This document shows positions 43,200 through 54,861 of a DNA stretch of 64,000 nucleotides, in pieces. The number at the start of each line of letters is the position of its first letter. Position 1 is the first letter of the stretch. Origin of the DNA: Lama glama (lineage: Eukaryota); the NCBI GenBank assembly GCA_028534125.1, contig CM052818.1:33730001-33794000 (forward strand), read 5' to 3'. A model generated the notes under the pieces. It made no database searches and was not told where the DNA came from. It saw only the letters and a program-made list of their open reading frames with translations. Made by a program: the position numbers and the translations under genes.

Positions 43200-45990
43200 A
43201 GACACATTCATTTTAAAGTTCATATGGAAAAAAGACAGCAGTTTACAGAAGAGTAATGAAGGGAGGACTAACCTTCTCAGACATTAAACATACTATAAAG
43301 CCTCTATAATAAAACAGTATGGCACCAGCACATCAATAGACAGACCAGTAGAACAGAACAAAAAGTCTAGAAATAAACCAGGGCACATGGGAACTGAGTG
43401 TTTGATACCAGTAGCATCTCAAATTGCTCAGGACAAGATGGACTTTAAAAATATATTTTGGGACAACTGGATGATCATTTAGAAAAACAAAATTGGATCC
43501 ATACCTCACCCCATATACAAGAATAAACTCCTAATGAATTGAAGATCAAAATGTAAAAAAAAAAAAAAGAGAGAGAGACCATTTTTAGTAGAAGAAAACA
43601 CAGGTGGAGTTCCTTTAAATTCTGGGGATGCGGGTGGGAGGGGAGCTTTCTGTTCCTCAAGATCCATATTCAATAAAAGACAGATTGATAAGTTCAACTC
43701 CAGAAAAATTAAAGCAAAGAATGTTGCATGGTTAACCACCCCCAAATATTTACAATATACAGCTGACCCTTGAGCAATGTATGCTGTTTCCTGTATAAGA
43801 AAGAAGTGCAAATATATACACACACACACTTTTTTTGTAAAAAGAAACACAGGAGGAGAAGTCAATCACTAACAAATTGGTTACTTACAGTGATGAATGG
43901 GAATGGGATGGAAGGAATACAGAAGGAAAGGAGATAATTCCTTTTTCTACAGTTCTGACTTTTAAATCATGTTATGTTTTACATAGTCAAAAACTGAAAA
44001 AATTCTAAAATTGAAAATAAGTTAAAAGTCAAAAATGAACCTAATCATATATCACATTAGTAACATAACCACAGAGAAAAAGAAAATATTTAATACAAGT
44101 AACTTTTGAACACTTTATCTATCTTGAGTGGGATGTGATCCAAGGACAAAAAGAACTGCAAAAATCTTGACCACTTATTGGTAAGTTTGTTGATGACAAT
44201 GGTATTAGGGTAGCAATTTCAAAACTGTCATTTATTGTAGGACTGAACAAATGGGTAAATATATTGATGATGCTGGAAATCAACATTCTCACTACAGGAA
44301 AATAGGGACGAGAAGGAGAATATATGTGTGTTTGTGTGTGTGTATACATATATGTGTATATATTTGTACATGTGTGAAAATATTTATTTATTTCCTTGTT
44401 CTTTGTACTGAAAGGACTTAGGGGCAAAGACACACCAGTAGCAGTGAGCATACCTAGCACCTAGCTTTCTAAATACCAATCTCCACTAACCACAACCAGG
44501 ATTCCTTGGAAAAATGATTGAGTCTAAGGCTGGAATGAGGGAGTGTACAAAATGAATGTGTGCCAACATTTTTGTGCTCCTACATAAAAGATGACTGGGT
44601 AAACTATTTTACATACACACACAGACAAATGTAAATAATGAAGAAGAGATTTATAAACTGAAGTGGAGTGATTTTCAGCATATCCTAAGCAAAAATGCAA
44701 GGCACAAAAGAATATACATATTGCATAAAGAGAAAAGGAGGTTTTCTTTTTTTGCTAAAAGAAACACAGCAGAGTGTTCAAATGCTAATGTGGATAGATA
44801 TGTCACTAGAACACAGGGGCCAACTTGAATGAACTCTCATTTGAGCTTTAAAATGAATAATGACAAGCATGGATTAAAACACAGCAACAACAAAAATTCA
44901 TGGGTCCGTATCAGTATGAAACTGACAAGCATAGATAAGCTGCAGGAGAGAAGAGAGATTTTCTTTACAGAAGAATGCCTATTAATAAATGTAGACAGAA
45001 GGATAGAAATAGAAAAATCACCAGAGTAATAACTGATTCAATCAAGAATCATCAGTGAATGCTAAAATCGTGGGTGAAAGATGGCTGAGGAATAAGATAC
45101 AGAGAAATCTGACACCACCTTGACCAAATGATCAAACGTAGCATCAGCAATAAAGGAACAAACTGATATCAGGAGCCTCCTCATGGGAAACACTGACATA
45201 GGCACAGCCCTCATCTAGGCAGGCCTCCTGTCCCAAAATTCAATGTGAATATAATGACGAAACAATCAGGCAAATACAAAGTGAGGCACTTCTGGAAAAC
45301 AATTGATCCAGACTTCTAAAATAGCAATGTAATGAAAGACATCAAGAACGGCTGAGGAACTCAGCTAAAGGAAACTAAAGAGATGTGATAACTAAAAGTA
45401 ATGCATTATCCTTGATTGGATCCTGGATCTGGAAAATAAGAACAATATAGGAATAACTGAGGAAATTTGAATATGGTCTGTATATTAGATAGTAGTATTG
45501 TATTAATTGTCATTTTCTCAAGTGTGATAATTACATTGTAATTATGTAGGCAAATGCCCTTGTTCTTAGGGGACACAGGAATTTGTGTGAAGTGTCGTGA
45601 CATCTCCAGATATCTTTCAGATGATTCAGGGGGGAAAAAGAGATGGAGCAGATGTGGCATATGTTAATGATTGGTGAATCCTGGGGAAAGCATATGGGTG
45701 TTCATTGTACTATTCTTGCCATTTTTCTGCAGATTTGAAATTTTTCAAAATAAAAGTGTAGGCGGAGTTTACATCAAAAATATTTCTACAAGTAAAGATT
45801 TATGAGCTCTAAAGGAAGCCTCCTTATTTTAAACGATTTCAATACAGTTAAAAAGATAAAAACCGGAATCAAGCAAAAGACAAAAACCACACATACACAC
45901 ACACACAAAAAAAGATTAATAGATTTGACTATGTAAAAAATTTAAATAAAACATGTCTACCTCAAAAACATAGGAATACAAAAACTAATA
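43200..45990. mobile_element. Mosaic of ancient LINE-1 (L1M-type) ORF2 and 3'UTR fragments
   Basis: Recognisable L1 motifs at 43210-43550 and 44850-45760; mixed pieces with approximate edges. Confidence 0.6.
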
Positions 45991-46276
45991 AACTGGGGAA
46001 AATATGGAACAAAAGAAAAAGGAAAAGTGACAAGTTGGGTATAGGGGTAAGGAGTAACACACATAGGAGGCCATAGCTAAGCATGGGGCTTGGAATTGAG
46101 GGATCAAGTACTGAGTGGGGTTCAAAGGAAGGAGAGTTTGAAATGTGTATTGAGGTAGGGCAGGATGGCCATTGAATGAGAAGCTGCCATGAATTGAGGG
46201 TAGGGAAGAGTTTAGATAGCAGACCAATTGGTTGGATCAGAAAGAATCATGAAGAAAGTCTAGACTGGGGTTCCAC

Positions 46277-46374
46277 CAGCACCAAAGGTGTGGATGCACT
46301 CGATTACATCTATGATGGCAATGATGCCCAGGGTCTGCCAGCCAGCCAGGTACCCTTGGCCTTTTTTCTCCAGG
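46277..46374 (-). pseudogene. GCKR: GCKR exon 12 (open; last recognisable exon)
   Basis: LEKKGQGYLAGWQTLGIIAIIDVIECIHTFGA, 98 nt. Confidence 0.9.
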
Positions 46375-46611
46375 CTGAGAATGGGGCAGAGGTCAGGACA
46401 TGAGAGGAGAGATCACATTGAAAAAAGTCCAGAGATCAGAGAAAGATACCCATAGAAGAACACAGGAGTAAACAAACAAAAAGCCTACCATGACCCTCAA
46501 ACATGCAGACCCACTACCCTCCCCATGTTAACATGTCTCGTAGGGTCTCCCCTGCTCTCAGGACATTTCCCACCCAGGCCACTTCCCCTCTCCAAGTACA
46601 CATCCACACAC

Positions 46612-46710
46612 CTGGTGCTGGCTTGCTTCATCAGGGTAGCGATCTTGGGGCTTTGACTATAGGTAACCTAATAAGCTCATTCAAATGTCCGCAGGATTTC
46701 CAAAAGACAT
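46612..46710 (-). pseudogene. GCKR: GCKR exon 11, two stops
   Basis: CLLEILRTFE*AY*VTYSQSPKIATLMKQAST; TGA at 46677-46679 and TAG at 46668-46670. Confidence 0.9.
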
Positions 46711-47300
46711 CTTGGAGAAAGGTCACCAGCTCCCAGGGCAGGCGCAGGGCTCCCTCAGAAAGCCTATGTACCTCCCAGGCTGGGGAAGGCACAATTCCCT
46801 TAAAACTAAGTTCTGCTGGTGGAGGTGCAGTAAGTTGAGCCAGATTGCATTCAAGAGGTACAGAGAGGGCTTCAGCAGGCACAAAACTAAAGAACAGAAA
46901 GAGGGACAGGATATCAAGAGCACTGGGAGAAGAAGGGGATCAGAGAGTTGATGAGGACGTAAGTAAGCAATGCAGAAGCTAGGCTAGAGACCCTGGGAAG
47001 GGAGGGAGGCCCACAGCAGGATGAACTCTACCCTGCATGACCTGGACCATCCCCAAATCAAAGACTCTTGGAAGCTAGGTTAGCTTTAGATGTCCCAGAT
47101 GGGCATAGGGATTAGGTCCGGACCTGAGGAATTGAGGGTCCATTGGAACCAACCCAGACTCTGTGACTGTGTGATGGGGATGGCAGCATCCCTCTACCAG
47201 CTCCTTTCCCAGGGGAAAAATCTGGATCTGCCATTCCCCCACCTGCACCACCCTACCCACTGCCTGACTCTGATCTCTCTCTGGTCCAGATCCTCCCTAC

Positions 47301-47419
47301 CTCTGAGATGCTATGATGCCGCGGTCCACAGTCTTGTGAGCTGCCAGTAACAGGGTTTTCAGCAGGATCTTTGTGGCGCTTCCACCTTTCATCTGGGAGG
47401 AGCCATTGAGACCCTCAGG
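47301..47419 (-). pseudogene. GCKR: GCKR exon 10 (open)
   Basis: PEGLNGSSQMKGGSATKILLKTLLLAAHKTVDRGIIASQ, 119 nt. Confidence 0.9.
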
Positions 47420-48397
47420 CTGAGGAGGTGATGACACCCAGGAGAAATTGGGAGAGGAAGGAGGGTCCTAGAGTTTACTAGTTAGTGACCACTGTGCATG
47501 CAATCTGGTTATGGCTCTTGGACACGTGATCTGTTAGTGGCCACTGGGCATGCATCTGTAGGACCTGTGGCCCCCAGTGTGCTGTGAGGAGGAATGCTGG
47601 GTTGAGGGCTTAACTGAGAGAAGAGAAGAGAGAGGGGAAGGGCCACCTCTGGTCATTTCTGTGGTATATTTAGGACTTTGGAGAGAAAGCCAGAGTAATT
47701 GGGCCTCCTGCTGGCTGGAGATAAGGGTTTTTCAGAGATTTTTTTTTTTTCCTGAGAGATTTCTGCCCCTTCCATCCCCCACTTTTAAAATAGTTTGTTA
47801 ATCCAAACATCACACTTCTTGTTCTTTGGGCAGGCCAACAAAGTAGTCATTGATTGTAAGATACAGACACAAGTACAGATATAGAACATGACACACCAAA
47901 CAGCAAAAAGAATGATAAAAGCAGTGTCTGAGAAAAGGAGATTAAAAATAAGTAACTGCAGAGAGGAGGAGAGATGAGCACCTGGGAGATGAAAGATAGA
48001 GAACTTGTGTGTAATACGGAGTTCCTGACTTCCTATCTTGAAAAAAGAAAAGCAAGGAGAGTGTCACAGGTGTACCCATCCCTGGCCGAGAGGGGCAGGG
48101 GCAGGGATTTGACTAAAGTTCTTGTGAGGTCAAAGGAAGGGCAGACGGCACTAGTGAGATACAGCTGCAATCCAGTGGAGGGGAAAATGGAGCAGGAGTG
48201 CTGGAGGCTTAGAAGGCCCACACCAATTTTGTTTTCTGCTATTTCTGTTATTTTAGGACCCTTTCTCCTTCATTTCAGGCACCCTTTTGGTCCCCTTTTA
48301 CAGAAGAATGAAACTATATTCCATTTTTTTTTAGTAGTGTATACTGCCGATGACCTGCCCAGATCCCTTTGACTGAGTGGTTTACCCAATCCTAAGC

Positions 48398-48495
48398 TTT
48401 TCCTTTTTATTTTTTAATGGAGGTACTAGCAACTGAACCCAGGACCTTGTACATGTTAAGCATGCACTTTGTCACTGAGCTATACCCTCCCCCAC
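48398..48495 (-). mobile_element. tRNA-derived SINE (Vic-1-like)
   Basis: T run followed by GGAGGTACT...GAACCCAGGACC...CACTGAGCTATACCCTCCCCC. Confidence 0.85.
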
Positions 48496-48857
48496 AGCAT
48501 CCCATTCTTCCTAAAGCCCGTATTTGAAATTTAAACATATAAAAGAGACATAAAGCAATTCGCCAGTCTGTTCAATCTTTTCTATACACAGATGCAAAAG
48601 AGCTTCTTTAAATAGAAAACTACTGTAGACCATTTAGGTGTTTAATGATTACTGATTTAAGAGACAGGGTCAGAATGGAAACAAAACATCTTAAGGTGAA
48701 AAATGAAATGAGAAAATAGCATTTGGTTTACAACATTTTAGTGGACATACAGCATCAAAAATTTAGACAATATGTAACAAGAACCTAAAACCAGAGGCCC
48801 TAAGTGGCAAACCATCCTGAGGTAGGGGTAAGGGGTAGGGGTCAGGGGAGGTCTTAC

Positions 48858-48963
48858 CCCATTCGCAGGACTGAGCATAAAAGCTACCTGTTACTCTTGC
48901 ACCTTCTGCATCTGCTCTGCTATTTGTTGGAATGTTGAACTCCAACCTTCAATGGGGTCACTT
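48858..48963 (-). pseudogene. GCKR: GCKR exon 9, one stop
   Basis: SDPIEGWSSTFQQIAEQMQKVQE*QVAFMLSPANG; TAA at 48891-48893. Confidence 0.9.
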
Positions 48964-51212
48964 CTGGGGTCCACAGAGAGATGGGGGGATCTCTGTGAGG
49001 CTCTAAAGGAAGGGCCTCACATGGCAGTCGAGATCAAAGACCACATTGGGATTGGGGTCAGAGGTCAACAATTTCCTAGAAAGATGTGCTTTGATGCTCA
49101 TAGGGGCACTGTGTCCCTAAACTCCAAGGCTGAAGGTTAATAAAACATTCAGCAGTTTAAGCCCAGAGCAAAGTCAACACTCGGGTTTAAAATTCCAGCC
49201 TGAGAACAGAATTTTCTTGTGTCCTGGTCCTCCCACAGGTCCTATTGCCATGACCACATCAGCCACATCTTCTGCAGGCCCCTGGGGGAACGTCCATCAT
49301 CCAAATATCAAAATCACCACCTTATTTTCAGTCTTCGGGTCTATCAGAAGCCTTTCCAATTCCTGGAAATACATTCTGAAAATTCTCCAAATAGGGAACC
49401 CCTCACTACCTGAGAGAGGGATAACAGTTCCTACTGAGAGAACCAAGCCGCACCGTCTGAAGCATAGAACCTAACAGCTGGGAAACAGCCCTTCAATAAA
49501 TTAATCAGGAACAAAGCAATGTGTGGATGAGGAGAGCAACAGGCTTGTTTTCTACTTAGGTGCAACCATGGAATCTCAAAGAATGGGGAGCATCTGTATT
49601 GGCTCTCCTGGCTTTGAAAGGGGATAAGTTGTGAATCCCTCATCGTGGCAGGACCTCAAAGAGTTACTTCTGTCTCTGGCCTCCCTGACTTCCTCTTATC
49701 ATTGCACTCCTACAAAGATTCCATCCCTTCTTGAAATACTTTTATATTTTTTAAATCTGTACCATTTCTAGGGCAAACAAGTATCACAAGTTACACCCAA
49801 TGGGTAAAGTGTTTCCAATAATTTGTCCTCAAACTACTTGTGAAACTTCCTAGAGACCTAAGACAGAGGAGACCTAAGCAGAGAGAGGAGACTATTTATT
49901 GTGTAGTTGAAAACTGAGACTCCCAGAGTTGGCTGGTCATCAAAATCACCTGGGGAGGTTTGTTTTGTAATAACTACCCATTTTGGGGTTCCACGCCCAC
50001 CCTGAGAGTCCACTTCAGTAGTTCTGGAGTAGAGCCCAAGAATCTGTAGTTTTAAAAAGCTTCCCAGACGACTCTGAAGATCAGGCAAGTTTGGGAGCCA
50101 CTGATTTAAGGAAAAACTGGAAGATCTCCACGCCTACATTGTTTGAAATCCTTCATTTCACTTAGTCACAGTGCCTGAAATTAGCATCCACTGCAGCAGA
50201 TACATTTTTGGTGAAGGAAAGTCCTCCATTAAAAGAGATCTGGCTCGTTAATACCTTCATGTTAATTACACTGCAAGCCTGGAATCTGGGAGTTGAAAAG
50301 TTACCCCAGAAAGAATTCAGCTGTCCTTCTCCCCAAGACCACCACTAAATACACAAAGCTCTTGAGTAATCCACAAGCCTTCACTGGAATACCTCCAGAG
50401 ACAGGAAGCCCTCATCTTCATTGTGCGGCCCACTCCAGTGGTTTATTTAGCAGACTTTCCCAGGACTGGCTGTGCATCTGAATCTCCAGGGATGCTTTCA
50501 AAAAATAGGTATTTAAAGGCCTTACCCCAAACCTACAACATCAGACCTCTCCCACAAGGGTAGTTCTTATTTTTTTTAACAGACCCAAGGCAGTGCATGC
50601 ACAGAACCACACCTGAGAAATATTGGTTTAATTCTTTGAGATGAAAGTGGCCATTTAGAGAACAAGCGGGAGGTGGTTTGGAGGCACAGGGATCTCAGAA
50701 AGGGGAACAGAGTGGCGGATGTGAGTAGCCAGCGGGGACCAAAAGGATGCCTGCAATGAAGAAGAAAGGGCCCTAAAATAAGGGATCTGGGCAAAGGAGA
50801 CTAGGAGGCCAGTGAGCACCCACTACTCCTTCTTTGGAAAGATGCTTGCGCTCTACTACAGATGAAAGTACAGATCTTTGTGGTGTGCATTTTCCTGACC
50901 CCATTCTATCCTCTGACCCTTGTTTTCCTTGCTTCTTCACTCTCTGCTTTAAACGTATGCCTTCTGCTATTTTAGGTATCCTTTGTAAGCTACCTTCAAT
51001 CCTTTCTGAAATGAGAAAAACAACCAACAAAAAACCTCATAAGCTTAGGAATATTTACTTTATAGTTATTTTAATAATTTGAGATTTGGTGAAAAAGACC
51101 CTATTTCCCTGCCCTCTCTTTTGTGATTGTACTATAGATTTTCAGATTCCCCTCCTTACTAGCTTCCCCCAGGGGGCTGGCCAGTTTCCACCTTTCATTA
51201 CAGAAGGCTCAC

Positions 51213-51307
51213 CTGGCCATGCTCACTGGGTTGAAACCAATCGGGACTGGCAAAAAGACAGCTGGGTTATCCATGCAGTCGTCTATCTGGCCTGCCACAA
51301 AGGGAGC
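51213..51307 (-). pseudogene. GCKR: GCKR exon 8 (open)
   Basis: APFVAGQIDDCMDNPAVFLPVPIGFNPVSMA, 95 nt, AG/GT intact. Confidence 0.9.
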
Positions 51308-51659
51308 CTGATGGTAGGGAAAGAGAAGAGGGTGTGATGAGGGGGGTTACTCTAGTGCATCAGGACCCCCCCCATACTTGTTTAAATGCAGATTCCTGAG
51401 CCTAGCTAAAATCCACTGGATCGGAATTCAAATGGGAGGGTCCACGGCCGTGCATTTTTAACAAGTTCCCCCAAGAAAATCTTCTGCATGTTAAGGTTTG
51501 AAAATACTGAACAAACTGCAAGCTCCATAAGGTCTGTGTCCTAGTCTTCTCGTGTGCCTCATTCCACATTTAGTGCTTGCTGGGGTCTAGTTTCTGCTCA
51601 GTGAATTTTTGGAGTCAGAGTCAAAGCTGCAGAGTTGAGAGGAAACTTGAGGTCATCTA

Positions 51660-52045
51660 GTTCAATGCTTCTCAAACAAATTACCTGGGAGTCTTGCTAA
51701 AATGCAGATTCAGACTCGGTAGGTCCAGGGTGGGGGTGGGGGGAGCTGACAGTCTGCATTTCTAACAAATCCCAGGTGATACTGATGTTGCTGGTGTAAG
51801 GACCACACTTTAAGGAGCAGAGGACTAGTCCTAGGTCAGCTTTTTCTGTAAAGAGCCAGAAAGTAAATATTTTAGGCTTTTGGGGTCCTCTGATCTCTGT
51901 CCAACTACTCAATTCTACTGTTGAAGTATGAACATGGCCGTGGACAATATGTAAATACAAATGGCTGTGTTTCAGTAAAATTTAATTTATAAAAACAGGC
52001 AGCAGCTGGACTGACCAGCCAGCTTAGTTTGCTGACCCCTGGACT
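51660..52045. mobile_element. Adjacent hAT MITEs (MER5A-like then MER58A-like)
   Basis: AAAATGCAGATTC...CTGCATTTCTAACAA.TCCCAGGTGAT...GGACCACACTTT and TTTTTCTGTAAAGAGCCAGA...GGCTGTGTT.CAGTAAAA...AGTTTGCTGACCCCTG. Confidence 0.7.
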
Positions 52046-52290
52046 AGTCCATCTATTCTGGTTGTCAAATGGATTGGTACATAGTTATTCTGATAGGATT
52101 CCTTCCCCTTCGTCCCACAGTCATACCACTGGATCCTAATTAGTGAGAGCAAAATCAAAATTCCTTAAGAAAGCCTTTCTGTTTTCTAGATAAATCTAGA
52201 TAAATCTTGTCAATGTATCTTCCATGCTATTCCACTCCCACCCCCTTTCTTCCTGTAAAATCGACCCACCCAGCCTGTCTTCACACTTAC

Positions 52291-52345
52291 ATAGAGTCTC
52301 ACCGAAATGCCAATGATGGTCACCCAGCTTCTTCCCAGCAGCCAC
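52291..52345 (-). pseudogene. GCKR: GCKR exon 7, +1 frameshift
   Basis: VAAGKK then a frame slip to VTIIGISVRLY; 55 nt. Confidence 0.88.
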
Positions 52346-52517
52346 CTAGGATAGAACAGGTGAGGTAGTGCCACCAAGAGGACTCTAGGATACAAACCTA
52401 TTGGGCAGGGATGTCAGGGCAAGAGCCAGGGCAGGGAGTGGGATATTGGGGCTTTTATGCCTCCATGAGAAGCAAAGGGCAGAGGTCTCTGGTTGACTGT
52501 CAGTGGAAAACACAGAC

Positions 52518-52584
52518 CTTCTTCAATTTCTCAGTCCCATCCAGGGCACTATCTTCTGTCCCCTCCCTAGAGGCCACCATAGAC
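52518..52584 (-). pseudogene. GCKR: GCKR exon 6 (open)
   Basis: SMVASREGTEDSALDGTEKLKK, 67 nt, AG/GT intact. Confidence 0.9.
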
Positions 52585-52929
52585 CTAACAGGACAGACTC
52601 AAGGTCAGTGGTACTGGTTGGGATGCAGAAGCCTACAATTTATTAGGGCTGGCTGCTTTGAGAGAAGGGAATGAAGGGAAAATTATCACTGAATGGGTAC
52701 CTACTATTTGTCAGGCACCATGATAAATGCTCTCTAGGGTTGAAGAACTCAAATACCTACAAGGGCTATTCAGGCAACATAAGTATGTAATGTGGGCCAA
52801 GTGTGAGGCAATAAGGAATGGTGGGACCAAAGCAAACTGGACACAGTCTCTATCTAAAATAATTCAGATTTAATTTTTTAAAAACATTATTCAGGCCAAA
52901 CACAATATTCATAGGCTAACTTGGCTTAC

Positions 52930-53004
52930 CTGTTACCTCTGGCAATGAGGAGGGGTGTAAAGAGGTTTCTGTCCTAGACCTTTCATCAGCTGGTTAAAGG
53001 AGAC
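52930..53004 (-). pseudogene. GCKR: GCKR exon 5, +1 frameshift
   Basis: VSFNQLMKGLGQKPLYT then a frame slip before LIA; 75 nt. Confidence 0.88.
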
Positions 53005-53383
53005 CTGCGAAGGGGGAGAGAACATGAAATAGTAATGTCGGTGAAGGAACGATTATCTTGGATTTTCAACACCTACAGGGGAGAAGCTGTATAATGATTC
53101 TCCAGGCCAGTGCTTAAGTCAGTACTGCTTGGAATCTGGCACTTAAAGATGCTCCTTGGAGACGACTGACTTGGGGTGCTGGGATGGAGAGACATTGACA
53201 GTAGACCAGGGGCTCAGATGGGCTCAGCAGAAATGGGACTCCATAGTGAGATCGAGGGTTTGGAGAAGACAGAAAGCTGGAGCTGGAGGGCTCCACCTAG
53301 GAGCTGAGTTACGATGAGCTTTATGATCCTGAGTGTCACCCTGAGAAGGCAGAAGGAGCAAAACCAGGGATCAAAGTACTCAC

Positions 53384-53460
53384 CGACATGAAGAATGCCA
53401 TCCTCCCAGAGGTGCCCCCTCCACTCAGCCCCACCAGCCCCACTGCCTCCCCCCAGGCTC
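53384..53460 (-). pseudogene. GCKR: GCKR exon 4, +8 nt frameshift
   Basis: 77 nt between AG and GT; EP... and GLVGLSGGGTSGRMAFFMS lie in different frames. Confidence 0.88.
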
Positions 53461-53699
53461 CTGAGAAAGGAAAAATGCCTAAGTCTCCAGAACCCTCCTC
53501 AGGTTGAGGGAAGCACATTCTTTTCTTTGTCAGTAACAAAACCTCCCTCTTGTTACAAAAGTGAAGAGAACATAGCCACCGTGGTGCAGCAGAAAGAAAC
53601 CTTCGATTTGAGAAAGAAACTTCAGTCTGACTCCAAGTATGGCTACTTATTCAAATGCTTGCTTTTTCCAAAAAGGTCTGAAAGCAGCTTTGTCATTCA

Positions 53700-53770
53700 T
53701 AGATAGATAAATAGAAAGATAGATAGGTAGGTAGGCAGATAGATAGACAGACAGACAGACAGACAAATAG
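53700..53770. repeat. Compound tetranucleotide microsatellite (GATA/GGTA/GACA)
   Basis: Read directly from the sequence. Confidence 0.9.
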
Positions 53771-54108
53771 AATCAGCATTATCCAGCAATTATTAGCTAG
53801 TGTATTTCAGTAAACTACTGTGATTATCTTAAGTCTTTGTTTTCCCATCTGAAAAAAGTGGAGACAATAACACCAACTTCACAAGTTTTTTGTGAAGGTA
53901 ATGGGTGTGAAAGTGCATGGTCAACTATAAAGTATGATGCAGTAATAGTTACAATTACTACTGATTAATAAGATGATAATAAGGACCCCACAGAAAGGAC
54001 TGAGAGAAAGGAGAACTGAGGTCTAAGAAAGTGAAAAATAGAGACCAAGAAAAGAAAAAAGTAGAGAGGAAGACAAGTTTTGGCAGGTAGCAGATGGAGA
54101 CTTGGTAC

Positions 54109-54177
54109 TTACAACGCTTCCTGAACTTTTCCAGCCACTTATACCATGGTGGTCAGAGTTGACTCACTGTAGAGTCT
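54109..54177 (-). pseudogene. GCKR: GCKR exon 3, two stops
   Basis: RLYSESTLTTMV*VAGKVQEAL*; TAA at 54139-54141 and 54109-54111. Confidence 0.9.
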
Positions 54178-54366
54178 CTGTAGGCAACAGACAGACATCA
54201 GCAGCCAAAAAAAAGGACAGTGGACTAGGGGGTGATGGGTGAAGTGGAGGTTCTCTCAGGATTTCAAAAATTAGGGACCATGGTCTGAGAGGGCAGAGGT
54301 AGAGGTGAGGTTGGGGTTGGCTTATGTATTTGTGGAGTGAAACAAAGGAGGATGGGCCTGGGTCAC

Positions 54367-54521
54367 CTGGTAGGTGGGCATGACTTGTCCCTCCTTCTGG
54401 AAGATCTCAGCATCACATTGCCCCAGCAGCTGAACAATTTGCTCAGCATCTGCTTTGTCCAGATCCTGGGTCGGTGGGTTTGACTTCTCTGGATTGGCAG
54501 GGCTGCCTCATACCCAGACAG
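54367..54521 (-). pseudogene. GCKR: GCKR exon 2, 1-nt deletion and lost acceptor
   Basis: 155 nt; ATC-CA-GAG-AAG breaks the frame of PITEK; preceded by ...GGTATG rather than AG. Confidence 0.9.
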
Positions 54522-54801
54522 CATACCCAGAGGGAAGAGGGGACAAGGTTACAGGCAGGGAGCCAAAACCTCATTCACGCCTGCTGAACTGGAGGTGGGA
54601 GTGGCAGCAGGCACAATCTGGGATACACACACACAAAGCATTTAGCTTGCACCTGGTACTCTGGGCCTATCAGGGAAAGAAGATGAGGAAGGAAGGTGGG
54701 GAGGAGGAGGGAGAGAACAGAAACCCAGGGTGGAGGGAAGTCTAAATGGGACAGGATTCTAGGAATCAGTGCAGAAGGCCAACATGGAGAAGGGGTCTTA
54801 A

Positions 54802-54861
54802 CTCCCACTTGCCAGGTTCTGGTGTCTCAATCCCATGTTGAAACCGTTTTGTCCCTGGCAT
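54802..54861 (-). pseudogene. GCKR: GCKR exon 1, donor lost
   Basis: MPGTKRFQHGIETPEPGKWE followed by TTAAGA instead of a GT donor. Confidence 0.9.

Larger units (their letters stand above)
46277..54861 (-). pseudogene. GCKR: Glucokinase regulatory protein unitary pseudogene, exons 1-12
   Basis: Exons: 54802-54861, 54367-54521, 54109-54177, 53384-53460, 52930-53004, 52518-52584, 52291-52345, 51213-51307, 48858-48963, 47301-47419, 46612-46710, 46277-46374. They translate to GKRP (MPGTKRFQH..., LSGGGTSGRMAF, APFVAGQ, MKGGSATKILL, GWQTLGIIAI) with many disablements. Confidence 0.95.
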
